Below are positions 9,839-19,644 of a DNA stretch of 64,000 nucleotides, piece after piece. A program made the position numbers and the translations under genes. The stretch comes from an uncultured Methanoregulaceae archaeon (GTDB lineage: Archaea; Halobacteriota; Methanomicrobia; Methanomicrobiales; Methanospirillaceae). The notes under the pieces are model-generated. The model searched no databases, was not told the DNA's origin, and was given only the letters and a program-made list of their open reading frames with translations. The first letter of the stretch is position 1, and the number at the start of each line of letters is the position of its first letter. The stretch covers positions 1,600,001 to 1,664,000 of the forward strand of contig OY970343.1 of the NCBI GenBank assembly GCA_963717525.1, read 5' to 3'.

Positions 9839-10870
9839 TTAGGGAATGAATGCTTCCCCACCTATGCGCACGCGCCATTCGCTGATGAGATCGGAGACCT
9901 CCTTCTTGTTGTCCTTGTTAAAAATATCCAGCGCGGCTACCGGGTGGGCATCCCGGGGAATCACCTGATCCAGGTGCCGGAGATCTCCCTGGTAAACTTC
10001 GATCATCTGCCGTCCCGAGGTCTCGGCAATTTTCACCGGGTCACGGACCACCGGCTGACGGGCCATATCCTCAAGAGTCCTGAGGATGTGCACCTCACCG
10101 GTATCCATGTATACATGGTTGACGTTGAGGTTGAACGCCGACCAGAATGCCGAAGCGTACCATGCATCGTTTAATATCACGTGGGGGACGCCGAGGCAGG
10201 CTGCCGCGAGGCCCAGCGTTCCCGGCCCCGAACAGGCATCCACAAAAAAAGGGACCGGAGGTGTTCCCACGTGGGCGGCTACTGACCGTAGCTTGGGATA
10301 TCCTGCGCGCGGGAACTCTACGTGAATCAGGGACTGCTGCTTGTATACGACAAGGGGACCGGTGGCAAGCGGGTAGATGTCGGCCCTGACATCGCAGCCG
10401 GCAAGGAGCGTGTAGACCCTCGGAGACTCATCAGGATCAAGTGAGACAAGCCCCGGGATATAGTCTGCGCTTTTGACAACGCCCCGGACTTCGGGGACCT
10501 CGATAATGATCCTCCGGGCCGCTTTCTCCCGAACCCTTCCTGACAACAGCAGCAGGGATTTGGCCGGGAGAAACGGTGGGCGGTCCATCGCCATACCGGG
10601 ATGGATGAGTGGTGATCCGACCGCAATGAGAGGATCCCGGGGGGCGAGATCACCTTCTTCCTGCATGATCACGTACATGTGTGCAAAAACTTCGTCGATA
10701 AATCGTTTGCCGCAGGAACAGGGTTTGCCATACTCCAGGGAAGGGAGCGGGGAGCGTTTGTCAAGGACCCGCATGCTGCACTTTTCGCACGGAAGAAACC
10801 GTGTGGGAAGATCCCTGAGGATATCCGGCGCCGATTGTACGCAATCACTGCCGCATGCAGGACATTCCAT
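9839..10870 (-). CDS. Uncharacterised protein with N-terminal Cys motifs and a class I SAM-methyltransferase-like domain
   Basis: CPAC, CEKC, CSCGKR motifs; FFVDACSGPGTLGLAA SAM-binding-like motif followed by VILND. Confidence 0.7.
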   Translation of the reverse strand: MECPACGSDCVQSAPDILRDLPTRFLPCEKCSMRVLDKRSPLPSLEYGKPCSCGKRFIDEVFAHMYVIMQEEGDLAPRDPLIAVGSPLIHPGMAMDRPPFLPAKSLLLLSGRVREKAARRIIIEVPEVRGVVKSADYIPGLVSLDPDESPRVYTLLAGCDVRADIYPLATGPLVVYKQQSLIHVEFPRAGYPKLRSVAAHVGTPPVPFFVDACSGPGTLGLAAACLGVPHVILNDAWYASAFWSAFNLNVNHVYMDTGEVHILRTLEDMARQPVVRDPVKIAETSGRQMIEVYQGDLRHLDQVIPRDAHPVAALDIFNKDNKKEVSDLISEWRVRIGGEAFIP

Positions 10871-10997
10871 AGAGGTTGCTGGTCTCTCCAGCCATAGATA
10901 CTTTATTAATTATCTAGGGAACTGCGAATTTATTGGAGTAAACAGACGCAACTGACCAAGAGAAGCTGTGTAAAAGAGAGTCAGAGCGAGGGTTCAA

Positions 10998-11072
10998 TGG
11001 GCCTGATGCGATTCGAACGCATGACCGCCCGGTTATGAGCCGGGCGCTCTGACCGGACTGAGCTACAGGCCC
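10998..11072 (-). tRNA. tRNA-Ile2 (CAT anticodon; expected agmatidine-modified)
   Basis: Cloverleaf GGGCCTGTAGCTCAG...CCCGG-CTCATAA-CCGGG...GTTCGAATC...CAGGCCCA; GGGCC acceptor stem is typical of archaeal Ile2 rather than Met. Confidence 0.9.
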
Positions 11073-11077
11073 AAAAG

Positions 11078-11150
11078 CGCCGCCAACAGGACTCGAACCT
11101 GTGACATGCTGGTTAACAGCCAGCCACTCTACCAACTGAGTTATGGCGGC
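11078..11150 (-). tRNA. tRNA-Asn (GTT)
   Basis: GCCGCCATAACTCAGTTGGTAGAG...CTGTTAA loop...GGTTCGAGTCC..TGGCGGCG; tandem with tRNA-Ile2. Confidence 0.95.
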
Positions 11151-11285
11151 AACAGTTTCCTGCGCCTTATTAGATTCTTTGTAAGGCTTTTTAAAGGTAA
11201 CGAAGGGAAGAACATGGACGACAGGCAGGCGGGTACCGCAGGACAGTGGTATACAAAACACGCTATCCGCGAAGGGAATTGCCGG

Positions 11286-11570
11286 TCAGGGTTTTTTCAT
11301 CGCGTTCACGAGGTGGATGATATCGTCCAGGTCCTCGTTTAAGTGCGCGAAGAGCTCATGGGTTTGCCCGGTTGCAACCGCCCCTTCCGGGGATGCGCGG
11401 ATGTACCCCAGCTGCTCGAGTATGTGGAGGGAATACCGTATCCGGTGAGACGGGAGGTCGAGAATCTCGGAAAGCTTCATAATACCGATCGGCTGGTGCT
11501 CTTCCACGGTCCGGGCCACTTCAATGTGCCGGCTGAGGAGCTCGATCTCATCCTTCATCCTCTTGAGCAT
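11286..11570 (-). CDS. Predicted winged-HTH transcriptional regulator (COG3388-like)
   Basis: QPIGIMKLSEIL.LPSHRIRYSLHILEQ.GYI..S.EGA. Confidence 0.75.
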   Translation of the reverse strand: MLKRMKDEIELLSRHIEVARTVEEHQPIGIMKLSEILDLPSHRIRYSLHILEQLGYIRASPEGAVATGQTHELFAHLNEDLDDIIHLVNAMKKP

Positions 11571-11616
11571 GCCATCGCCGCGGAACTATCCCGCTCCCCC
11601 TGTACTTACCTTTACC

Positions 11617-11841
11617 TCAATGCTCATCAAGCCATGCCTTGGTCAAACGGTAACTGATGACAAAGTACCAGGAGAGCAGGAGGGCGAGGGCGAGCAGGAT
11701 AATCACGGCAGGAATGCGGTACGGGCCCGGGACCAGGAAAAGGGAAAGTACAGCAAGCGCCGCGAGCAGGATAATCACATTGAGCTGGACCGCCAGCCGG
11801 TAGAATTTCCACTTGTACTGTTCTTTTGAGGTTTCGTCCAT
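11617..11841 (-). CDS. Small two-TM membrane protein
   Basis: Two hydrophobic helices, C-terminal TKAWLDEH; start at ATG 11841. Confidence 0.6.
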   Translation of the reverse strand: MDETSKEQYKWKFYRLAVQLNVIILLAALAVLSLFLVPGPYRIPAVIILLALALLLSWYFVISYRLTKAWLDEH

Positions 11842-11903
11842 CACTCGTACGTTAGAATCCGGGAATAAAAGTACTTGACGTTTCAGCGCGTAGATGTACG
11901 GCA

Positions 11904-13031
11904 ATGGATCCACTGGATGCGGCCATGAAGAAGTGCGGGGCGGATGCCTTCGTGCACTATGCCACAGGGGAGGATGCCGATATGCGCTACCTTACCCGGT
12001 TCGTGATGCATGACTCCTTTGTCTTTTTCAAGAGGCGCAGGCAGCCCGGCACCATCATCGTTCCCCAGATGGAAGCCGAAAGGGCTTCACGGGAATCGAC
12101 AGCTGCCGTGATGACACGAACACAGGCAGGGCTTCCCGACATCACAAAAAAAGAGAAGGACCCCTGGAAGGCGACCGCGCAGATGATCGCAGGGCAGGCA
12201 GGAAAGACCCTGCTTGTTTCACCGGAACTTCCCGCAGCACTTCTGCGGGCACTCGAGGAGCATGGCCGGGTTATCGTTGATGCGGGAACCGTCGGGCAGG
12301 TGCGGGCGAAAAAGAGTCCCGAAGAGATCCGGCTCATGCAGGAGGTGCAGAAGAAGACCGAACACGCGATGGCCCTTGGGATCTCGCTTATCAGCCACGC
12401 GACGGTCAGGAAGGGCATCCTGTACCATAACGGTGCGCCACTCACCTCGGAACTTGTGCGGGTCGCGATGCACAAGCAGCTCATGGACGAGGGTTGTCGT
12501 GCGGTGGAGACCATCATCTCGTGCGCCGGGGATACCGCGTTTCCCCACATCATCGGGAGCGGTCCGTTAAAGCCCCATGCACCCATCGTGATCGACATGT
12601 TCCCCCGGGACGAGGCCACAGGATATTACGCCGACATGACCCGGACGGTTTCGAAGGGAAAGCCGGGTTCGCAGATTTCCGAGATGTATGAGGCGGTGCG
12701 TGAAGCCCAAAAGATCGGGATCTCGCATATCAAAGCCGGGGTGACGGGAGCGGAGGCCCATAACGCTGTCGTAGATTATTTCAAAAGCAGGGGATACGAG
12801 AGCGATACCCGGGGGTTCATCCATAACCTCGGCCATGGGGTCGGGCTCCAGGTCCATGAGATCCCCACAGTAGGACCGGCGGGAGCGGTGCTCGAAGCAG
12901 GTCATGTCGTCACGGTCGAGCCCGGGCTTTATTATTCCGGGGTCGGCGGTGTACGGCTCGAAGATATGGGCGCGGTGCGTGCAGGAAAATTTGCGGATTT
13001 CACACAATATGAGGAGACGCTGATCGTATGA
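11904..13031 (+). CDS. Xaa-Pro aminopeptidase family (M24B)
   Basis: FPH, VID, YYADMTRT, HNLGHGVGL.VHE, TVEPGLY, GVRLED. Confidence 0.92.
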   Translation: MDPLDAAMKKCGADAFVHYATGEDADMRYLTRFVMHDSFVFFKRRRQPGTIIVPQMEAERASRESTAAVMTRTQAGLPDITKKEKDPWKATAQMIAGQAGKTLLVSPELPAALLRALEEHGRVIVDAGTVGQVRAKKSPEEIRLMQEVQKKTEHAMALGISLISHATVRKGILYHNGAPLTSELVRVAMHKQLMDEGCRAVETIISCAGDTAFPHIIGSGPLKPHAPIVIDMFPRDEATGYYADMTRTVSKGKPGSQISEMYEAVREAQKIGISHIKAGVTGAEAHNAVVDYFKSRGYESDTRGFIHNLGHGVGLQVHEIPTVGPAGAVLEAGHVVTVEPGLYYSGVGGVRLEDMGAVRAGKFADFTQYEETLIV

Positions 13032-13903
13032 AGGACGAAATTCTCGAAAAATACTTTGCAGCAGGGAAACTCGCCGCCACCATTCTCAGGGAGAGCGCGC
13101 AGGAGATCCGGGTGGGCCGGTCCTACCTTGAGCTGGTCGAATCCGTGGAGGGTCGGGTGAAAAACGAGGGCGCTGACCTTGCCTTCCCGCTCAACGTCTC
13201 CTTAAACGAGGATGCGGCGCATGATACGGCATCGGCCGGCGACGAACGGGTCTTTGGCAAAGGGGATGTGGTCAAGCTCGATCTCGGGGTGCAGATTGAC
13301 GGATATATCGCAGACACTGCGACCACGGTCGATCTCGGGAACAACGGGCTCCTCCTTGAAGCATCCCGCGAGGCCCTCGAAGCGGCAATCCGTGCAGTCA
13401 GGCCCGGGGTGACCGCAGGAAAGATCGGGGCGGTCGTGGAAAACGAGATCGCGCGCCGGGGATACCGGCCCATTGCAAACCTCACCGGCCACGGTCTCGA
13501 CCAGTATGTGCTCCACCAGGACCCGACCATCCCCAATATCGCGATCAACGGCGGGACGGTACTCGAAGAGGGCATGGCATTTGCCATCGAGCCGTTCGCC
13601 ACGACCGGGAGCGGACGTGTCGGCGAGAAGGCCCGGGTCGAGATCTACTCCCAGATCGCGGAAAAACCGGTCCGGATCCCGTCTGCCAGGTCGGTCATGG
13701 AGCGGGTCAGGGACCGCCGGGGGCTCCCGTTCTCCCGCCGCTGGCTTAACGATAAAAAGATGGAGTTCGCGGTTCCCGGCCTTGTGCGGTCCCAGATCCT
13801 CCACGGGTATCCCGTTCTTGCCGATATCCCGGGCTCGCTCGTCTCCCAGCACGAGCACACCCTGATCGTGACTGCCGACGGGTGCATCGTGACAACCCGG
13901 TGA
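13028..13903 (+). CDS. map: Methionine aminopeptidase type II
   Basis: AFP.NVS.NE.AAH, KLDLGVQIDGYIADTA, NLTGH, AIEPF, SQHEHT. Confidence 0.95.
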   Translation: MKDEILEKYFAAGKLAATILRESAQEIRVGRSYLELVESVEGRVKNEGADLAFPLNVSLNEDAAHDTASAGDERVFGKGDVVKLDLGVQIDGYIADTATTVDLGNNGLLLEASREALEAAIRAVRPGVTAGKIGAVVENEIARRGYRPIANLTGHGLDQYVLHQDPTIPNIAINGGTVLEEGMAFAIEPFATTGSGRVGEKARVEIYSQIAEKPVRIPSARSVMERVRDRRGLPFSRRWLNDKKMEFAVPGLVRSQILHGYPVLADIPGSLVSQHEHTLIVTADGCIVTTR

Positions 13904-13950
13904 TGGGATAGGTATAAGGATTCAGGCGTTAAATAATAAAGGTTACAGCC

Positions 13951-15225
13951 ATGTCCGGTGATTTGGAAAGCCAGCGCATCATGGAAATCCTGCTGACTGC
14001 AGAAATTTTCAACCAGAGCCCGACGCTCGATCTCAATGACCTGACACCAGTGTGCCGGGAGATCTTCTGCTCGGGGGACACAAAATGCATCAAAAGGCCG
14101 GTCTACGTCAGCGACGGGCTGATCCGGCGCACGCTCAATATCGCGGATGCGCATGAGAAGATCGCTAAGAACCCGTTCGTATCGTACGAGGACTTCGGGC
14201 AACGTATGAAGATCACGACGCTGCGGCCGGCGGCGGAATGGTTCCTTGCACAAGGGGGTAAAGAGCTTATCAGGCAGAACCCGGCGCTCGCCTTTTTCTT
14301 TGAGTCATTCGATGGCACAGGGATCTCTTACCAGGACGTGCGCAAAGCAAACCCGCCCTATGAGGATACCCGGGCCAGTCTCGAAACCAGGATTTCCAAA
14401 CTGATCGGCGAGGACGAGAAATTCCGGGGGGCCCTCGACCTTGTGATCGTGAGCGCACCTGAAGAGGTCGAACAGAGTATGGAGGATCTTGTCTGTTCAC
14501 CGGAACAAACCGCACTCATCAACAAGATCCACCATGCCCTGCATCACCGGGATTTCCTGAACCGGCACCGTATTTACGAAGTAGGAAAACTCCTTTTCGT
14601 CGGCCCGCCCGGTACCGGGAAGACATCCTTAGCGCTTGCGATGTCCCATTCCATGCACATGCCGGTTCTCGAAGTCAGGCTCTCGATGATCACTTCCCAG
14701 TATCTCGGAGAGACTTCCAAAAACATTGACAAGATCTTCGAGCTCGCAAAGAAACTCTCCCCCTCAATCCTCTTTATCGACGAGTTCGATTTTGTCGCAA
14801 AAAGCAGGGTCACTGATGATCACGGCGCGATGAAGAGGGCGGTCAACGCACTCTTAAAAAATATCGACCGTATCAGCCTCGTCAAAAACGGCGTCCTCCT
14901 GATCGGCGCGACGAACCATCCGCAGCTGCTGGATGAAGCGGCGTGGCGGCGGTTCGATGAGGTCGTGGAATTTTCCATGCCAAGTGAAGAGATGCGCAGG
15001 GAGATCATAAGAAGCGTCACCTCATCCATGGCCTGCACCTGCGACTACCAGGAGATGGCGGCCCTTACCGAGGGATTCTCGGGAGCGGATATCCGCATGA
15101 TGGTAAAAGAGGCCCTGCTCTCGGCGCTCATGGACAAGCGCGAAGCCATCAATAGTAAAGACCTCGAGACAGGGATACGCATGGTCAGGAACCGTGACGC
15201 GATCCGGAACCTGAACTGGATATAG
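13951..15225 (+). CDS. AAA+ ATPase (single AAA module, SpoVK/CDC48-like)
   Basis: Walker A GPPGTGKT, Walker B ILFIDEFD, ATNHP.LLD.A..RRFD. Confidence 0.9.
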   Translation: MSGDLESQRIMEILLTAEIFNQSPTLDLNDLTPVCREIFCSGDTKCIKRPVYVSDGLIRRTLNIADAHEKIAKNPFVSYEDFGQRMKITTLRPAAEWFLAQGGKELIRQNPALAFFFESFDGTGISYQDVRKANPPYEDTRASLETRISKLIGEDEKFRGALDLVIVSAPEEVEQSMEDLVCSPEQTALINKIHHALHHRDFLNRHRIYEVGKLLFVGPPGTGKTSLALAMSHSMHMPVLEVRLSMITSQYLGETSKNIDKIFELAKKLSPSILFIDEFDFVAKSRVTDDHGAMKRAVNALLKNIDRISLVKNGVLLIGATNHPQLLDEAAWRRFDEVVEFSMPSEEMRREIIRSVTSSMACTCDYQEMAALTEGFSGADIRMMVKEALLSALMDKREAINSKDLETGIRMVRNRDAIRNLNWI

Positions 15226-15226
15226 G

Positions 15227-15949
15227 ATGAAGTTTTCACTGCTCGGTACCGGAGATGCCATCGGAACCCCGAAGATCGGGTGCGACTGCCCCCAGTGCGT
15301 GCGTGCGCGGGAGACCGGCACCGGCCGGTTGCGGACATCTATCCTCATCGAACATGAAGGATGTCACATCCTTGTCGACTCCTCCCCCGACCTCCGGCAG
15401 CAGCTGCTCAGGAGCGGTTCCCCGCATATCGATGCAGTACTCTGGACCCACGGGCATTACGATCATTTCATGGGTTTCGGCGAGTTCTACCGGGTCCAGA
15501 AGTGCCCACCGGTTTTTGCCACGGATCCCGTGCTCCGGTATTGTGGCGAAACATTCCGGTTCCTTGACTTTAAACGAAACACGGTGGAGCCGTATGTACC
15601 GTTCGATCTCTTCGGGATCACGGTCACGCCGTTTCTGGTGAAACACCCCCCGGCGTACACCTGCGGGTTTGTCTTTGAGGCGTGCGGGGCGAGGGTAGGA
15701 TACACCTCAGACACCAACCGGGACATCCCGCAGAAAAGCCTCGGACTGCTTGAAAACCTTGACCTCCTTCTCCTTGACGCCCTCGTTCCCTCGCATATGA
15801 AGATTACCAAGCACATGAACTATCTCGATGCCTGCACGCTGGCCGAAAGCCTGCACCCGAACGTGTTCCGGTGCGTCCATATCAGCCACGTGATGCCATG
15901 GGAGTACCCGCACCTTGGATTTGACGGCGAAGTCTTCGATTTTCCATAA
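15227..15949 (+). CDS. Metallo-beta-lactamase-fold hydrolase (PhnP/YycJ-like)
   Basis: LLGTG...G.P.IGCDCPQC, THGHYDH, YTSDT, H.SH. Confidence 0.88.
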   Translation: MKFSLLGTGDAIGTPKIGCDCPQCVRARETGTGRLRTSILIEHEGCHILVDSSPDLRQQLLRSGSPHIDAVLWTHGHYDHFMGFGEFYRVQKCPPVFATDPVLRYCGETFRFLDFKRNTVEPYVPFDLFGITVTPFLVKHPPAYTCGFVFEACGARVGYTSDTNRDIPQKSLGLLENLDLLLLDALVPSHMKITKHMNYLDACTLAESLHPNVFRCVHISHVMPWEYPHLGFDGEVFDFP

Positions 15950-16023
15950 ATTACAGGAATAATCCGACGTGGTTTTCGCCGGAATTATAAAAAATTGTTT
16001 GAATAAATGTGAGGGTTCCCCGT

Positions 16024-16118
16024 CCCAGTGCCTCTCCGAGGCACGGCTGGGCAGGAAATTTTTTGTTATTTTAAAATCGTTGATCCGCCGCGGGGGCGCC
16101 CCGTCGGGGGCGGCGGCG
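16024..16118. repeat. Pair of GC-rich intergenic stem-loops
   Basis: GTGCCTC-TCC-GAGGCAC (16028-16044) inside CCCAG/CTGGG; CGCCGC..CGCCCC-GTCG-GGGGCG-GCGGCG (16086-16118). Confidence 0.55.
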
Positions 16119-16284
16119 TCCATCGTTCATTGGAATGAAGGCAAGAATCTTCTCATTACTTTAGAATGATTCCAATTTCTACAAAACAATCCTTTGTTCC
16201 GGCCTCCCTGATACAGGATTTATTCCCGGCGCCGGCCGCCCTCACCCATACTTTAATAGTTCACCCCTCCCCAAACATAGGTGC

Positions 16285-16560
16285 ATGATTGTAAAAGTAC
16301 TCGAACTCGAAAAAGACAAGGCACGACTCGTCATCCTGGGGGAGGGTCATACGTTCATGAACGCCCTTGTCGAGGAAATCCTGACCGACCCTGACGTTGA
16401 TGTCGCAAAATACACCATCGAGTTCCAGTTCTCAGACCCCGAACTGCTGGTCACCACGAAGAGCGCAAAGAAAAACCCCCTGACGATCATAAAGAAAGCC
16501 TGCAAGAGACTCTCCGGCAACTGCGACGAGCTCCTCAAAGGCCTTGCAAAACAGAAGTAA
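16285..16560 (+). CDS. rpoL: DNA-directed RNA polymerase subunit L (Rpo11)
   Basis: GEGHTFMNAL..E....DVDVAKY, DPEL.V. Confidence 0.92.
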   Translation: MIVKVLELEKDKARLVILGEGHTFMNALVEEILTDPDVDVAKYTIEFQFSDPELLVTTKSAKKNPLTIIKKACKRLSGNCDELLKGLAKQK

Positions 16561-16914
16561 GTCCCTTCTCAATAATTTTTAAAATTCTTTTTACGGCTCT
16601 GGAGATCCGCGCATTCTTCGCTGTCACAAACCTGCAAGCCTGAAAAACAAAGAGGTTTTTTAGGAAGTTTGTGACGAGAAGTGATTGGAAAAAGATTTTT
16701 TGGATCTGAACCGGCATGGGCGGTACCAGCGCCAGCATTCACTTGGGATTTTGACCCATCCCTGATCTTTGGGAGGGGACGTTTCCACGCCCAATCCCGG
16801 GATCTCCTCCCCGTCGCAAGCGAACCCTGTTCAAATCCCTGTTCAATGGCAAATTCAAGCCCGTAAAACCGCCCGTTTTGATGGTGCTGAAAAATACGCC
16901 ATTTATTAACCCCG

Positions 16915-17177
16915 TTTTCAAAAATAAGCCAAAATTGAGCCCCATATAATGCCCTTTGTGGCCCGATAGTGGCCCTGCAAAGGCCACTTTTTTCTTTATC
17001 AACAGAAAACCCAAGCGGGCCTTGAAATGGTCCTCAAAACGCTTCTATGAGAACGTTTTAATTTGTCCGATTGCCAAAATAAGGCCGATTTAGGGTTATT
17101 TTGAAACGGAGCCTGATACGGGCTTCTTTTAGGATTGCCAGACACCAATCGGAGCCCGGATTGAGCCTGGATTGGAT
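16915..17177. repeat. Dispersed 263-bp non-coding repeat, copy A
   Basis: Ungapped match to 32986-33248; core 17054-17177 has 13 mismatches in 124 nt by manual alignment. Confidence 0.85.
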
Positions 17178-17252
17178 GAGGTCATGGGCAGGGATGTGAA
17201 AGGACTATCCCCGGGCCTCCCCGCGCAACCTGTATTCCCTGTTGGTCCGGCC

Positions 17253-17870
17253 TTACTCGGTGGCCCGTTCGGTAAAGACGATGGAGCCGGATATACGGGA
17301 GATCTTGATCTTCACGCTCTGGCCGGGTTTTGCGTTTGCAACGTACATGATGTAGCGGCCCATCTTCACTACGCCGTCGCCACGTTTTGAGAGCGACTGG
17401 ATCTCGACATCCATGACCTGACCCTCTTCAAGGTTTTCCGAGACCGGTTCGGTCCTTACCTTGCGCTTCCGGACCGGGCGGTGACCACCGCACGCATCAC
17501 AGCGGAGGAGAAGGACCCGGTCATCCTTGACCAGCCGGGTATCGGGCTTCCCGCACTCGGAACAGATCACGTAATCGTCCACGTAGCTCTTGATAATGTT
17601 CCGTAAAAGGCTGGTCTCGAACTTCCCGTTGAAGATCGCCCGGGTCCCATCAATCTTTCCTGACGTCCCCAGCTCGCCGAGAAGGTATTTCATCAGGTGA
17701 TCCTTGTCGCGACGGACTTTGTCAGCGATCTCGGCAAAATTTTCAAGGATAGTGGTCTTACCCTCGACGTATACCTTTGCCTCGGGCACTACAAAACGTT
17801 CCGAGGATATGCTTTTTTCAGATATATGAGAATAAGCCTTTTTTAAGAGATCATCGTAAGAGTCCGTCAT
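17253..17870 (-). CDS. eif2b: Translation initiation factor 2 subunit beta (with C-terminal TRAM domain)
   Basis: [37 protein letters not shown] tail KRGDGVVK. Confidence 0.95.
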   Translation of the reverse strand: MTDSYDDLLKKAYSHISEKSISSERFVVPEAKVYVEGKTTILENFAEIADKVRRDKDHLMKYLLGELGTSGKIDGTRAIFNGKFETSLLRNIIKSYVDDYVICSECGKPDTRLVKDDRVLLLRCDACGGHRPVRKRKVRTEPVSENLEEGQVMDVEIQSLSKRGDGVVKMGRYIMYVANAKPGQSVKIKISRISGSIVFTERATE

Positions 17871-17943
17871 ACCAGTATAATACAAGGGAGGCGCGGGGGC
17901 AAAAGTCTTTCCCAGCACCGGACATGAATCCCTCTTTTCAGCC

Positions 17944-18435
17944 TTACGTCAGTTTTGGCCCGGCCGCCATCACAAAGGCGACAAGTTCGGCATTGGCTGC
18001 ATCATTCTCGATATCCTTCTGGTTTACGGACTTAAATCCCGCAAATACCATGCCCCGTCCCTCGATCCACTTCCTGAATACATCCTCGCTCCCTCCGGGC
18101 CGCCCGCCGCAGGTGACAAACGCAACCGCCCGCTTCTTCTCGCAGTTGGCAAGCGCATCGATGATCGTGTGGATGGCCGGCGTCGGCTTGAAGGCCCATA
18201 CCGGGGATCCGAACACGAGAAGATCGTAATCCTTCGCATCCAGGTGGGATGGCTCGATCTCCGTCTTGTCTTCACTCCGTGCAGCCTTGCACTGCATAAG
18301 AAAACGTGTCAGGGCAGAGTGCCGGGCACGGTCGGTCACTTCGACAAGGCGGCTGTCTACTGTAACAGACGCGATATGCTGGGCAACGTGCCGGGTGTTC
18401 CCTGTCTCAGAATGGTAAATGATGCAGATCCTCAT
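17944..18435 (-). CDS. Flavodoxin-family protein
   Basis: [29 protein letters not shown]. Confidence 0.85.
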   Translation of the reverse strand: MRICIIYHSETGNTRHVAQHIASVTVDSRLVEVTDRARHSALTRFLMQCKAARSEDKTEIEPSHLDAKDYDLLVFGSPVWAFKPTPAIHTIIDALANCEKKRAVAFVTCGGRPGGSEDVFRKWIEGRGMVFAGFKSVNQKDIENDAANAELVAFVMAAGPKLT

Positions 18436-18542
18436 ACAGAATAGAACGTACCCCTTCCCCAAAAAGTTTTCATCTGTTTCGGGAAGCACAAATAACGAGC
18501 CGCACGCTGGAATAAAATAGCGTATAGGAAAAAAGGGGAGGA

Positions 18543-19533
18543 TTATTTTCTGAATTGGGGCATCATGGCTCGAACTTCCTTACCGGTCTCTTCAAGGAGA
18601 TGCTCCTCGTCTGCCTTCGTGAGCGCGTTAAAGACCGGGCGGTTGACCATATTCTCAAGCATCCATTCCTTGGCGAACTCGCCGCTCTGGATTTCGGCGA
18701 GGATCTCCTCCATCGCCTCATAGGCTTCCGGCCCGATGACGCGGGGGCCCCGTGTCATATCCCCGTACTGCGCCGTGTTGCTCACGTACTGGCGCATGTT
18801 CGTGAGCCCGCCTTCGTAGATCAGGTCCACGATCAGCTTGAGCTCGTGGCAGACCTCGAGGTATGCCATCTCGGGGGCATAGCCGGCATCGACGAGCGTC
18901 TCGAACCCCGCCTTGATAAGCGAGGCAGTCCCGCCGCAGAGCACTGCCTGCTCCCCGAACAGATCGGTCTCGGTCTCCTCGCGGAAGGTGGTCTCAAGGA
19001 CAACGGCACGCGTCGCTCCGATCCCCTTCGCGTACGCAAGTGCAGTCTTGTGGGCATTTCCCGTGTGGTCCTGCTGGATGGCAATGAGTGCAGGAACGCC
19101 CTTGCCTTCCTCGGTACTGCCGCCGGACCATGAAGCCGGGACCCTTGGGTGCCACCATGATCACGTCGATGTTTACCGGTGGCTGGATCTGGCCGAAATG
19201 GATATTGAACCCGTGGGAGAACATCAGGACCTTGTTCTCGGTGAGGTGGGGCATGATCTCGCTTTTGTAGACGCCCGACTGAAGCTCGTCCGGCAGGAGA
19301 ATCTGGATGATATCGGCCTTCTTTGCCGCCTCGGGAACGGACATGACACTCATGCCGTCCTTTACCGCTGCATCCCAGCTCTTTCCTTTGCGCAGGCCGA
19401 TGATCACATCGAGTCCGCTGTCCCGTAAGTTCAGCGACTGCCCGCGTCCCTGCGAACCGTACCCGATGACCGCGATCTTTTTGCCCTTCAGCACCGAAAG
19501 GTCGGCATCGGATTCATAGTATTTTTTCATCAT
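18543..19533 (-). CDS. ilvC: Ketol-acid reductoisomerase (+1 frameshift at ~19113, probably a sequencing error)
   Basis: [22 protein letters not shown]; removing one base restores [27 protein letters not shown] and a 329-aa protein. Confidence 0.92.
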
Positions 19534-19644
19534 AGGGTAATCCCTTTGATATCAGCAACAAAGCACATAAATATTATATAAAAAAACTAAAGAAGCACAC
19601 TTGCACAACCAGCAGGGATGCGATGACTTATTAAACACGCAGCA

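Noticed and set aside
10998..11150. tRNA genes as an integration site for a mobile element
   Set aside because: No duplicated tRNA 3' end or integrase is seen in the window.
16739..17014. Short ORFs sharing GHYMGL (also 32891-33073) as a small protein family
   Set aside because: The similarity is limited to the DNA repeat block; starts, stops and the remaining sequence are not conserved.
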